Source of the DNA: a virus
Lineage: Duplodnaviria > Caudoviricetes
DNA length: 53,331 nucleotides
IMG/VR virus record: IMGVR_UViG_3300036828_001070
Location: 1 to 53,331 of that record
Direction: 5' to 3' (one strand)
How positions within the stretch are numbered: the stretch's first letter is position 1; each line of letters begins with the position of its first letter. A program made the translations under genes and the position numbers. The notes below the pieces were generated by a model. That model was not told the DNA's origin. It ran no database searches and was given only the letters and a program-made list of their open reading frames with translations. Below are positions 27,316-34,989 of the stretch, one piece after another.

Positions 27316-28194
27316 ATGAATTTACACCACTTTACCCATGGTGCACGTGCTAACCGGCAGCTGGAACCGATGACCATTGCGGAGCTGCAGTTAGCGGTTC
27401 CATCGGCATTTGCGACTACGGCGCATTCTTCGCGGTCTGAGCGTTACGCCTATATTCCTACGGCCAATGTGATTCAGGCGATGATGAAGGAAGGTTTCCA
27501 GCCTTTTAAGGCGACGCAGTCCGGATCCCGGATTGAAGGCAAGGCGGAATTTACCAAGCACTTGATACGCTTTCGCCATATTTCTGCCGGCAGTGATATT
27601 TGTGTAGGGGATAGCGTGCCTGAAGTTGTTTTGATTAACTCCCATGATGGCACCTCAGCTTACAAGCTGATTGCTGGGATGTATCGTTTGATTTGTTCGA
27701 ATGGGTTAATGGTGGCGGAGTCTACCACCGGATCTCTGAGCGTGCATCATACTGGCGACATTGTTAACCGGGTTATTGAAGGTTCGTTTGAAATTGTTGG
27801 CCAGGCATCGAAGGCGCTAGAGACTTCGAAGGTCTGGTCACATCTGGAATTGTCTGCAGGGGAGCGAGAAGTATTTGCTGAAGCTGCGCACACAGTACGG
27901 TTTGCTGAATCGGATGGCAAGGTAGACACGCCCATCACCGCAGCAATGCTTTTGACTCCGCGGCGCCGTGATGATGCTGGCAACAACCTTTGGCAAACGT
28001 TTAACCGGGTGCAGGAGAACGCGGTTAAAGGTGGATTGGCTGCGCGTGCCGAACGTAAACCTGGCCAGCGTATGGGACGTTTGGTTAGGACTCGCGAAGT
28101 TAAGGGTATCGACCAGGATGTAAAGCTTAACCGCGCGCTATGGCAGTTGGCAGAGCGGATGGCGGAGCTGAAGGGAGTTAAAACCGCAGCCTAG
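27316..28194 (+). CDS. DUF932 (DUF945/YubP-like) protein
   Basis: SRSERYAYIPT, FTKHLIRFR, PEVVLINSHDGTSAY, RLICSNGL, LWQTFNRVQEN motifs. Confidence 0.9.
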   Translation: MNLHHFTHGARANRQLEPMTIAELQLAVPSAFATTAHSSRSERYAYIPTANVIQAMMKEGFQPFKATQSGSRIEGKAEFTKHLIRFRHISAGSDICVGDSVPEVVLINSHDGTSAYKLIAGMYRLICSNGLMVAESTTGSLSVHHTGDIVNRVIEGSFEIVGQASKALETSKVWSHLELSAGEREVFAEAAHTVRFAESDGKVDTPITAAMLLTPRRRDDAGNNLWQTFNRVQENAVKGGLAARAERKPGQRMGRLVRTREVKGIDQDVKLNRALWQLAERMAELKGVKTAA

Positions 28195-28256
28195 CAGATG
28201 GCGAGGTGGGAGAGATCCCACCTTGTAATGCGCCGGCGGTCAGTCCAAAGTCTGAC
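28194..28256 (+). ncRNA. twister-like ribozyme (P5-type permutation, variant)
   Basis: GCA-GA-TGG-[P1 CGAGGTGGGA/TCCCACCTTG]-T^AA-TGC-GC..-[P4 GTCAG-TCCAAAGT-CTGAC]; T1 pseudoknot TGG/CCA in register; T2 non-canonical. Confidence 0.6.
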
Positions 28257-28268
28257 GCATTAAACCAA

Positions 28269-28289
28269 GTGCCTTACCAGCACAGGAGA
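28269..28289 (+). promoter_or_regulatory. UACCA-loop hairpin plus SD, copy 2
   Basis: GTGC-CTTACCA-GCAC-AGGAGA. Confidence 0.7.
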
Positions 28290-28296
28290 AAACCGA

Positions 28297-29052
28297 ATGA
28301 AGCATCTTATTTCGCTATCTGCAGCCATTAAGGCGAAGGCGCCGATCGTGGCGCTACCCATAGAAGGACACGCACCTGTATGCGTAGCGCGCGCGCGCCT
28401 GGCTAAGTGGTCTAAAGGCGTGACCATTACCAGCGTCAAGGTTACCGGTGGCGAAGCCTATATCACGATCGAATTCGAACGGCCGAAAGGCTATCAGGTA
28501 GAAGGTCCGATTAACCGCGTCGAAGTCCATCACCTCACTCCTCGGCGCCTGGAGATCGAAGGCACTGCCGGCAGAGTTAAAACCCGCTGCTCTTTTATTC
28601 CCATTGATAGACGTACGGCGGTTAAGACGCTGGCCGCTTGGAGCGAAAAGGAACGCGCGCGCCTCACTAAAAAGACGCTGTTAGGTGCGTTGGGAACCAA
28701 GGAAAGACGCGCGCTAAAGCTGGCCAAGCATGAGACTGAAGGCGAAGGTATGATCTCCGCCACGATCGCCTATCCCAACGGCAAACGTGCCGACGTCATG
28801 GGGCTGCCGGTAACTATTCCCCAGCTGGCGGAGCTGACGTTTGTAGTGCATCGCGCGCTATCCGCCGAAGGCGATTACGTAGACGACCAATGGACAGTAT
28901 CGGAGATCGTTAGCGGCCAGGCTGGCGGCTTCGGTGCGACTGCAGAGGATGCGATCGTAGACGCGCGCCAGCGCTGCGCTAAAACTTCGGCCGAAAAACT
29001 GCAGTCCATACGCGATCTAGTGGCTTCGATGTCGGAAGCGATCGCAGCTTAA
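28297..29052 (+). CDS. hypothetical early protein
   Basis: AGGAGA RBS, 251 aa. Confidence 0.75.
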   Translation: MKHLISLSAAIKAKAPIVALPIEGHAPVCVARARLAKWSKGVTITSVKVTGGEAYITIEFERPKGYQVEGPINRVEVHHLTPRRLEIEGTAGRVKTRCSFIPIDRRTAVKTLAAWSEKERARLTKKTLLGALGTKERRALKLAKHETEGEGMISATIAYPNGKRADVMGLPVTIPQLAELTFVVHRALSAEGDYVDDQWTVSEIVSGQAGGFGATAEDAIVDARQRCAKTSAEKLQSIRDLVASMSEAIAA

Positions 29053-29059
29053 CCGCGCC

Positions 29060-29084
29060 TTGATAGCGCACCCAAAATTTACCC
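29060..29084 (+). repeat. gene-boundary repeat TTGATAG-N-CCCAAAATTTACCC (related copies at 27015, 30047, 30505, 30885, 31485)
   Basis: Direct comparison of intergenic sequences. Confidence 0.7.
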
Positions 29085-29101
29085 GAAGAGAGAAGACAAA
29101 G

Positions 29102-29461
29102 ATGAACAGTAAAGACATGGTTACCGACTTCAAGCTGCAGGAGAACGGAGAAAACTGCACTATTAAGGCGCTGCTCAAGGCGATTAACGCGTTCTGCGGA
29201 TCCCTGGCCGAAGAGTATGACTTTGGGCTGCCATTCGATACGCCTAAAGATGCGCGCCTGCCGGAGAAGTATTGGCGCCTGATTGCATTCGCCGTCGAAG
29301 GCTCCAATGAAGGCTATTACGTGCACCTGGGTGCACTGGTACGCGACCGCCACACTACCAACTATGTCTCATTCAGTCTGGCTAAAACCTATAGCGCGGA
29401 GAGTGCTTACGAACTCGCCAAACAAACATCACGCTTCCTGGCTGCAGCCTGCTGGAACTAA
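29102..29461 (+). CDS. hypothetical early protein
   Basis: Start MNSKD; EGSNEGYYVH motif. Confidence 0.7.
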   Translation: MNSKDMVTDFKLQENGENCTIKALLKAINAFCGSLAEEYDFGLPFDTPKDARLPEKYWRLIAFAVEGSNEGYYVHLGALVRDRHTTNYVSFSLAKTYSAESAYELAKQTSRFLAAACWN

Positions 29462-29503
29462 TCGCCGGCCCGGAGCGTTTCCGGTCAGAAAGGCTTTACC
29501 CCT

Positions 29504-29719
29504 ATGCAATGCGCCATGCGCGACGAATGCAGGCAGCCAGTAACCCACATCGGAGAGAAAGGATACGTCTACTGTGCCGAAGACGCTGAGCGTCGTCGGC
29601 AATCAGGCTATGAGAGAACGCGCAGAATGCGTGTCTGGGAATTGCAACTGATTGCCAACGGACAGCCTCTGCCCTCTTACACTCCCCAGAGAAAACCACA
29701 AGGAGAGAACAATGGCTAA
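29504..29719 (+). CDS. small Zn-binding hypothetical protein
   Basis: CAMRDEC..PVTHIGEKGYVYC. Confidence 0.65.
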   Translation: MQCAMRDECRQPVTHIGEKGYVYCAEDAERRRQSGYERTRRMRVWELQLIANGQPLPSYTPQRKPQGENNG

Positions 29720-30050
29720 GCTTACGCGCGGGTCCGATCTCATGGGAGATCGCTATCGCTACGACTTCAAACTATGCACGCCGGCCAATGGATGGGCGCA
29801 ATTGGATACCAAGCAGGATGCGCCGTACTTCGGCAACTGGATTAATCCGATCGAATTCAAGCTGATGAGTTACTGCGAGGGCGATACCTGTCTGACCGAG
29901 TGTGAGGATATCGCCGACTTCGCTGCTGAGTTACAGGTGTGCATCGACTGGCACAAAGAGCGCGAGTACTTCATTGGCATCGACTGTGCCGGCAACGAAG
30001 AAATCAAAGCGGCATTAGTGCAAATGGGATTTGCAGAAGTTCTGCATTGA
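29712..30050 (+). CDS. hypothetical early protein
   Basis: AGGAG RBS; DRYRYDF..C...GWAQLDT.QDAPYFG.W.NP...YCEGD. Confidence 0.75.
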   Translation: MAKLTRGSDLMGDRYRYDFKLCTPANGWAQLDTKQDAPYFGNWINPIEFKLMSYCEGDTCLTECEDIADFAAELQVCIDWHKEREYFIGIDCAGNEEIKAALVQMGFAEVLH

Positions 30051-30173
30051 TAGGCAGTCCAAAATTTACCCAGTACGCGACGGCTTTGGAATTGTTCGCG
30101 ATGGATTTACCCCCCCCACCACCTTCTAACCGCGCGCGCCGGCGCAAGATCCGGCGCAGAAAGAACTTACTCC

Positions 30174-30488
30174 ATGCGTTTCATGAAATTCACTTCCGCC
30201 GTTGTACTCTGCGCCGGCTCCATTGCCCTGCACGCGCAAACCACGACCACTTGCACTCCCACCTGGGGAGGCGGCCAAACCTGCACCACGCAAGAAAGCC
30301 CATTACAGAAGCTGCAAGAGCAGCAGCGCGAACAACAGGAGCAGTGGCACCGTCAACAGCAAGAGCAGCAGCAAGCCTTCCAGAACCAGAGGCAGCAGGA
30401 ACAGGCGAACCGCCCGCAGTGCACCACTTACTCGCGCGACCCGTTTAGCGGCCAGGTCAAGGCCCGCACCGCTCCCTGCGCCTTCTAA
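30174..30488 (+). CDS. secreted/periplasmic Gln-rich protein
   Basis: Signal peptide ending ALHA-Q, Cys pairs, Gln-rich coil. Confidence 0.65.
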   Translation: MRFMKFTSAVVLCAGSIALHAQTTTTCTPTWGGGQTCTTQESPLQKLQEQQREQQEQWHRQQQEQQQAFQNQRQQEQANRPQCTTYSRDPFSGQVKARTAPCAF

Positions 30489-30544
30489 ATCTGTGGGCGC
30501 GCTATTGATAGGCGCCCAAAACTTTTACCAAACCGAACCCCGAA

Positions 30545-30565
30545 ACGCTCTACCAGCGTAGGAGA
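30545..30565 (+). promoter_or_regulatory. UACCA-loop hairpin plus SD, copy 3
   Basis: ACGC-TCTACCA-GCGT-AGGAGA. Confidence 0.7.
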
Positions 30566-30573
30566 ACAAAGCC

Positions 30574-30888
30574 ATGGCTCAGCCTATCCGCACCAGGATT
30601 AATATCCCCGAACTCGACAAAGCCGACGGCCGCGCCGTTCTGATCTTCGAAACCTTCAAACCCCTGTCTGGCGGAATTACCTCGTATGCCCGCGTGGAAT
30701 TCGTTGGTGACAACTTCTCGACCTTCGCACCCTTTGGCGACTTCTCCACCCGTCTGGAACACAACCGCAACGCCCGCGCCACCCAAGCTGCCATGCAGGC
30801 CCAGCATGACCGCATCTTTGCCCCCGCCGTGGCCGATGCCCTGCGCGGCCGCGCCCTGTTCCACTACCAAGGCCCGCAGACGCTCTGA
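30574..30888 (+). CDS. hypothetical early protein
   Basis: AGGAGA RBS, 104 aa. Confidence 0.7.
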   Translation: MAQPIRTRINIPELDKADGRAVLIFETFKPLSGGITSYARVEFVGDNFSTFAPFGDFSTRLEHNRNARATQAAMQAQHDRIFAPAVADALRGRALFHYQGPQTL

Positions 30889-31002
30889 TCGACACCCAAA
30901 ATTTTCTGCAAGCACCACCGTGAAAACGTTTTACAACCGCAATATAAGTCCAACCGTTGGACTTTTACCCAAATCGCACCAACTATAAAAGGAGATCCAC
31001 CC

Positions 31003-31200
31003 ATGGCCATACTGAGCATTAAAGACTTCCCAGAAGAGTTGCTGGTCTTTCTCAAAGTAAAAGCGGCACAAGAGCGCGCCACCCTGAAAGACATTGTGAT
31101 TGGCATGGTCAGCGCCATGGATGGAGCACCCAACGAAGCCAAAGCCAAAATTCCGAAGCCCAGGGGCAGACGACCGCGCAACTTCCCCGTCAAACCTTAA
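31003..31200 (+). CDS. ribbon-helix-helix (Arc/FitA-like) DNA-binding protein
   Basis: MAILSIKDFPEEL...LKVKAAQERATLKD; upstream palindrome AAGTCCAA-CCG-TTGGACTT. Confidence 0.7.
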   Translation: MAILSIKDFPEELLVFLKVKAAQERATLKDIVIGMVSAMDGAPNEAKAKIPKPRGRRPRNFPVKP

Positions 31201-31281
31201 CCCCGGTTTCCCACCGCAACCCTGAAAGGTCGTGCTATCTTCTTTTTCTTATTCTTCCTGCTCTTCCCCTTTATCGCCGTG

Positions 31282-31428
31282 ATGTACTTCGTACCCGCAG
31301 CCGTCGCTATGCTTCGCAGACACAACAATGTGGCTCCTATCGCCATCGTTAACCTGTGCTTCGGGTGGACGTTCCTGGGATGGGTCGTCGCTCTGGTCTG
31401 GTCGCTCACCGATAACACTCGCATTTAA
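31282..31428 (+). CDS. superinfection immunity protein (T4 Imm family)
   Basis: MYFVPAAVAMLRRHNNVAPIAIVNLCFGWTFLGWVVALVWSL; missed by the ORF track; true start may be further upstream. Confidence 0.85.
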   Translation: MYFVPAAVAMLRRHNNVAPIAIVNLCFGWTFLGWVVALVWSLTDNTRI

Positions 31429-31693
31429 CTCCGCTGCCCGGTCTCCGAAAATCGGGCAGCACCAACCCCAGCACACCTTGCACCTTGATAGCAGCATAAA
31501 ACTTTGTGATACTGGCGAAAGGTATTACAAAGGTATCGTTATTAGTATAGGTAATATATATAGATAAAGTGTACCTGCAACCTTTTAGGTATCACCCCAT
31601 ACTTTTCCAAGTGGACGGTACTAACAAACCACTAATACTATGGACACAGCCCACCCTGGACTTTTGCCGGCCACTTTTGCCGGACCACAACAT

Positions 31694-31811
31694 GCGCGGC
31701 GCTCGTATAGCTCGGGTATAAGCGACCGCGAAAGGCATTCCCCGCGCCCGTTCTCCGGGCAAGGGAATCCTGGGGACTGGTAATCCCCCGCCGGGGTAGG
31801 CAAGCCCCGGC
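31694..31811 (+). ncRNA. putative structured RNA (four tandem hairpins) upstream of the XRE gene
   Basis: Hairpins at about 31695-31730, 31737-31768 (loop TTCTC), 31772-31788 (loop CTGGTAA) and 31790-31811; candidate promoters TTGATA-17-GATACT (31485) and TGGACG-18-TACTAT (31612). Confidence 0.55.
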
Positions 31812-31830
31812 TGTAGTGAAAGGAATATGC

Positions 31831-32082
31831 ATGGCGCGCCTGGTGGTCAAAAAAGGAACGAAGGCAAAATCTCGCGATATCATCTCTCTGTTCGGATGTC
31901 ATATCCGTGAATTGCGCCTGACCAGGCAGATGTCGCAGGGAGAAATGGCAGAAAAATTCGGCATGGATCGCAGCTTTATCTCCGACCTCGAACGCGGCCG
32001 CAAGTCTCCTCGCCTGCCCATGATTAAAGTAATCGCAGAAGGTTTTGGTATCAGCGTCGGCGAACTGATGAAGGATCTATGA
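31831..32082 (+). CDS. XRE-family HTH regulator (repressor candidate)
   Basis: FGCHIRELR..RQMSQGEMAEKFGMDRSFISDLERGRKSP. Confidence 0.88.
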   Translation: MARLVVKKGTKAKSRDIISLFGCHIRELRLTRQMSQGEMAEKFGMDRSFISDLERGRKSPRLPMIKVIAEGFGISVGELMKDL

Positions 32083-32294
32083 TGATCGCCAGCATCCGCA
32101 TTGCCGCCAGCCGCTGCACCTGCGAACTCTGTGGCTGGGAGTGGATATCCATCGCCCAGGCCGTTCCCCCCATCGCCTGCCCCCACTGCAAGTGCCGCGT
32201 TTGGAATGGACCCAAGCGCAATGGCCGCCCCCCCGTTCCCCGCGACACCTCCCACATCGGCCTACCCAAACCCCACCGCGTACGCTTGACCTAA
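32079..32294 (+). CDS. small Zn-ribbon protein
   Basis: CELCGWEW...PIACPHCK..VWN; ATGA-coupled to the XRE gene. Confidence 0.7.
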   Translation: MMIASIRIAASRCTCELCGWEWISIAQAVPPIACPHCKCRVWNGPKRNGRPPVPRDTSHIGLPKPHRVRLT

Positions 32295-32313
32295 AAACGT
32301 ATATACATATCTG

Positions 32314-32508
32314 ATGAAGACATCCAGTGAACGCATCCGGCAACGGCTTCGAAAAGATCGCCCCATGACAACGATTAGCATCCGCATCCCCGAAGATGTA
32401 ATCGAGAATCTGAAAGAGATCGCGCCTACTCTAGGATTCTCCGGATATCAACCACTCATCCGCGCCTATATCGGTCAGGGACTGCGAAAAGATCAATCCC
32501 CATTGTAA
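32314..32508 (+). CDS. orphan CopG/RHH antitoxin-like protein
   Basis: RPMTTISIRIPEDVIENLK.IAP.LGFSGYQPLIRAYIGQGLR. Confidence 0.7.
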   Translation: MKTSSERIRQRLRKDRPMTTISIRIPEDVIENLKEIAPTLGFSGYQPLIRAYIGQGLRKDQSPL

Positions 32509-32532
32509 CTACAAACGTAGTATAATCCAATT

Positions 32533-32817
32533 ATGCAGTATGAGTGGGATCCCAACAAGGCAGCTACAAATCTGCACAAACATGGCATCGACTTCGAAGA
32601 TGCTGTTCGTGTATTTTCCGACCCGCAACGTGTCGAGATTCTCGATAATCGCAGAGATTATGGGGAAGATCGCTGGATGACTATCGGTCTTGTTGAACCT
32701 ACCGTACTCGCTGTCATCTATACGCTTCGCGGCAAAGACGGCGAGATCACTCGACTTATTTCTGCAAGAAAGGCAGATGCTAATGAGAAAGCAAAATATC
32801 GTGAAGTACGAGTTTGA
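32533..32817 (+). CDS. brnT: BrnT-family toxin
   Basis: EWDPNKAATNLHKHGIDFEDA...YGEDRW..IG...RLISARKA. Confidence 0.92.
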   Translation: MQYEWDPNKAATNLHKHGIDFEDAVRVFSDPQRVEILDNRRDYGEDRWMTIGLVEPTVLAVIYTLRGKDGEITRLISARKADANEKAKYREVRV

Positions 32818-33100
32818 TCCAAAAAATCCGCCACCGCTGACTGCACAACAGCGCAAACGGCTTAACCGTCTCGCTACTATGCCCGACAGCGAAATCGACT
32901 ACAGCGACATTCCACCTCTTACAGGCAAGGAGGTCTGGACCCGCCCCGGCCTTCTGGTTTCGACGGAAAACAAACAGATGGTAACCCTGCGTCTCGATGC
33001 CGATGTCCTACAGTTCTTCAAGAAGACCGGCAAACGTTACCAAAGCCGCATCAATGCAGCTCTGCGCGAGTACATCCAGATCCACAAAAAATCTGCCTAA
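32801..33100 (+). CDS. brnA: BrnA-family antitoxin
   Basis: GTG start at 32801; IDYSDIPPL...KQMVTLRLDADVLQFFK..G.RYQSRINAALR. Confidence 0.9.
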   Translation: MKYEFDPKNPPPLTAQQRKRLNRLATMPDSEIDYSDIPPLTGKEVWTRPGLLVSTENKQMVTLRLDADVLQFFKKTGKRYQSRINAALREYIQIHKKSA

Positions 33101-33117
33101 CCCCTAAACCGCACTAA

Positions 33118-33140
33118 GTCGGCATACCACCGACAGGAGA
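33118..33140 (+). promoter_or_regulatory. UACCA-loop hairpin plus SD, copy 4
   Basis: GTCGG-CATACCA-CCGAC-AGGAGA. Confidence 0.7.
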
Positions 33141-33148
33141 ATCGTTCG

Positions 33149-33823
33149 ATGCAGAATGCAGTCGCTTACTTAAGAGTCTCCGGACAATCCCAGCTGGAAG
33201 GCACCGGCTTTGATCGCCAACTGGAAGCCTGCACCAGCTTCGCCGCCGGCAAAGACTTCGCCCTGGTCAAAATCTTCGAAGAGAAGGCCATCGCCGGCTG
33301 GAAGGATGAGGATGAGCGTCCCGCCTTCCAAGAGATGATCGCCTACATGCTGGACAACAACACCAGCATCATCCTGGTAGAAGGTCTGGACCGCCTGGCT
33401 CGCGCCATGCGCGTGCAGGAACAGCTGCTGCTCTACCTCGCCGCCAAGGATCTCACCCTCTACGCCGCTAACACTGGCGAGAACATCACCGAAGCGGTTA
33501 CCTCGGATCCCATGAAAAAGGCTTTGGTCCAGATTCAGGGAGTATTCGCGGAACTGGACAAAAGCATGATCGTGGCCAAACTGCGCAAGGGACGCGAACG
33601 CACCAAAGCCCGACACGGCCGCTGCGAAGGCCAGAAGCCCTATGGCCACTACCCCGGCGAAGCCCCGGTACTGGCGCGTATCCGCCACCTGCGCGCCCAG
33701 GGAATGCAATACCACCACATCGCCGAACGCCTTTCTGTCGAAGGCCACCGTTCGCGCTCCGGCGGTCCCTGGCGCGGTCCCGTCATCGCCAAGATCATAC
33801 GCCGGGAAGCGATAGCACCCTGA
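33149..33823 (+). CDS. small serine recombinase (resolvase family)
   Basis: YLRVSG..Q, ERPAFQEMI, VEGLDRLAR, C-terminal HTH-like region. Confidence 0.9.
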   Translation: MQNAVAYLRVSGQSQLEGTGFDRQLEACTSFAAGKDFALVKIFEEKAIAGWKDEDERPAFQEMIAYMLDNNTSIILVEGLDRLARAMRVQEQLLLYLAAKDLTLYAANTGENITEAVTSDPMKKALVQIQGVFAELDKSMIVAKLRKGRERTKARHGRCEGQKPYGHYPGEAPVLARIRHLRAQGMQYHHIAERLSVEGHRSRSGGPWRGPVIAKIIRREAIAP

Positions 33824-33946
33824 TTGCGCCTCGCTTGCGCAAAATCGATTCTCGCTTTCGCATTCCCAATGTACTTCCGGTTTTTCTCTTTAATCCAACG
33901 CAAACACCGTAAAATAATCGATTAGCGTGCCGTGGGGGATTTGAGC

Positions 33947-34147
33947 ATGAAAGACTGGAAAAAGGGTTTATCCGCCAGTGACCTCAAAAAATATGCCCGC
34001 GTGCAGAAGATGGCGCACCAGGCGGTCTGCATCGAACTGCGCGACTACGAAGGCTGGATGCAGCTGGACGCTAAAACAGCATGGAAGATTCTGGCACTCC
34101 TGCCGCGCGAACGCCTGGCGGATCCACCGTCCGTGCTGAAATCCTGA
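33947..34147 (+). CDS. hypothetical protein
   Basis: GGGGGA RBS; overlaps the convergent rusA 3' end. Confidence 0.45.
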   Translation: MKDWKKGLSASDLKKYARVQKMAHQAVCIELRDYEGWMQLDAKTAWKILALLPRERLADPPSVLKS

Positions 34148-34541
34148 CCTGTTCCATGGGACCGTATACCTTCGACTTCTGCACCGTCACCACCTGCGCA
34201 TCATCGACAAACAGCACCCCGGTCAGCGCGTCCAAAGTGGCACGCTCCAGCTTATCGATGTCCGGCGGCACCACCGGCCACAATCGACGTTTGGGCACAC
34301 TCGCCGGCTTCACGAATATGAACTCCAAATCCAGCTCCACCGGCACATGCTTGCCCGCCAGCGGTCGGGGCAGATCCAGCTCACTCAGAGTCACAATCGC
34401 CTCCCGCGTCGTCTCCGCCCGATAGGAGCGCAGCGTCTTCGGATTGTCGTCCACCAGAACGGCACGCCCGTTCTTGACGAAACCCTTCTTACTACCCTGC
34501 GGCTCCGGCCTGGCGTAGACCGTGAAGGTAACCTGACTCAA
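34071..34541 (-). CDS. rusA: RusA-family Holliday junction resolvase
   Basis: PEPQGSK, PDIDKLERATLDALTG..FVDDAQVV. Confidence 0.9.
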   Translation of the reverse strand: MSQVTFTVYARPEPQGSKKGFVKNGRAVLVDDNPKTLRSYRAETTREAIVTLSELDLPRPLAGKHVPVELDLEFIFVKPASVPKRRLWPVVPPDIDKLERATLDALTGVLFVDDAQVVTVQKSKVYGPMEQVRISARTVDPPGVRAAGVPESSMLF

Positions 34542-34720
34542 AGCACCAGCTCCCCATCCCGTCCACAGTAGGCACCTTTAATCTCCTCTTTCGACTGGGG
34601 ATAAACCGGCTTTGACCCTTCACATATCGAAGTGGAGTCTTCGCAATGAATCCATCCTGCCGGCAACTGATGCACCTCGCGCCTGCAGTCTGCGCATACC
34701 ATGATTCCGTAGCTCGTCAT
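34538..34720 (-). CDS. small hypothetical protein
   Basis: Coupled Cys-rich ORF. Confidence 0.55.
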   Translation of the reverse strand: MTSYGIMVCADCRREVHQLPAGWIHCEDSTSICEGSKPVYPQSKEEIKGAYCGRDGELVL

Positions 34721-34989
34721 CGCCTCGCCTTTCTGGGTACGGCCTTGGGGTTATGCTCCTGCCAATGGTGTCCCGGACACTTCGCCTGCACGTTGTCCAG
34801 GGTGTCGCCGTTATTGCGCTTAGTACGAACATGCGCCATGTGCATCGAATCCCAGTATCCCGGCTCCCAGCGCAACTTCACCCCACACACCACGCACTTC
34901 CCCTGGTCTCGCTCATAGCACTGCCGGCGCAACTGTTCCAGATCCTCCTCGGTCAGACGCACAATACCCAACTTGCCCACGCGAATCAC
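34717..34989 (-). CDS. small HNH endonuclease
   Basis: YERDQGKCVVCG...HMAH...DTLDNVQAKCPGHH...H. Confidence 0.8.
   Translation of the reverse strand: MIRVGKLGIVRLTEEDLEQLRRQCYERDQGKCVVCGVKLRWEPGYWDSMHMAHVRTKRNNGDTLDNVQAKCPGHHWQEHNPKAVPRKARR

Noticed and set aside
29060-31513. CRISPR array or integron attC cassettes
   Set aside because: The repeats are degenerate, non-palindromic and separated by whole genes; no cas1/cas2 or intI, and the Cas4-like genes are typical stand-alone phage nucleases
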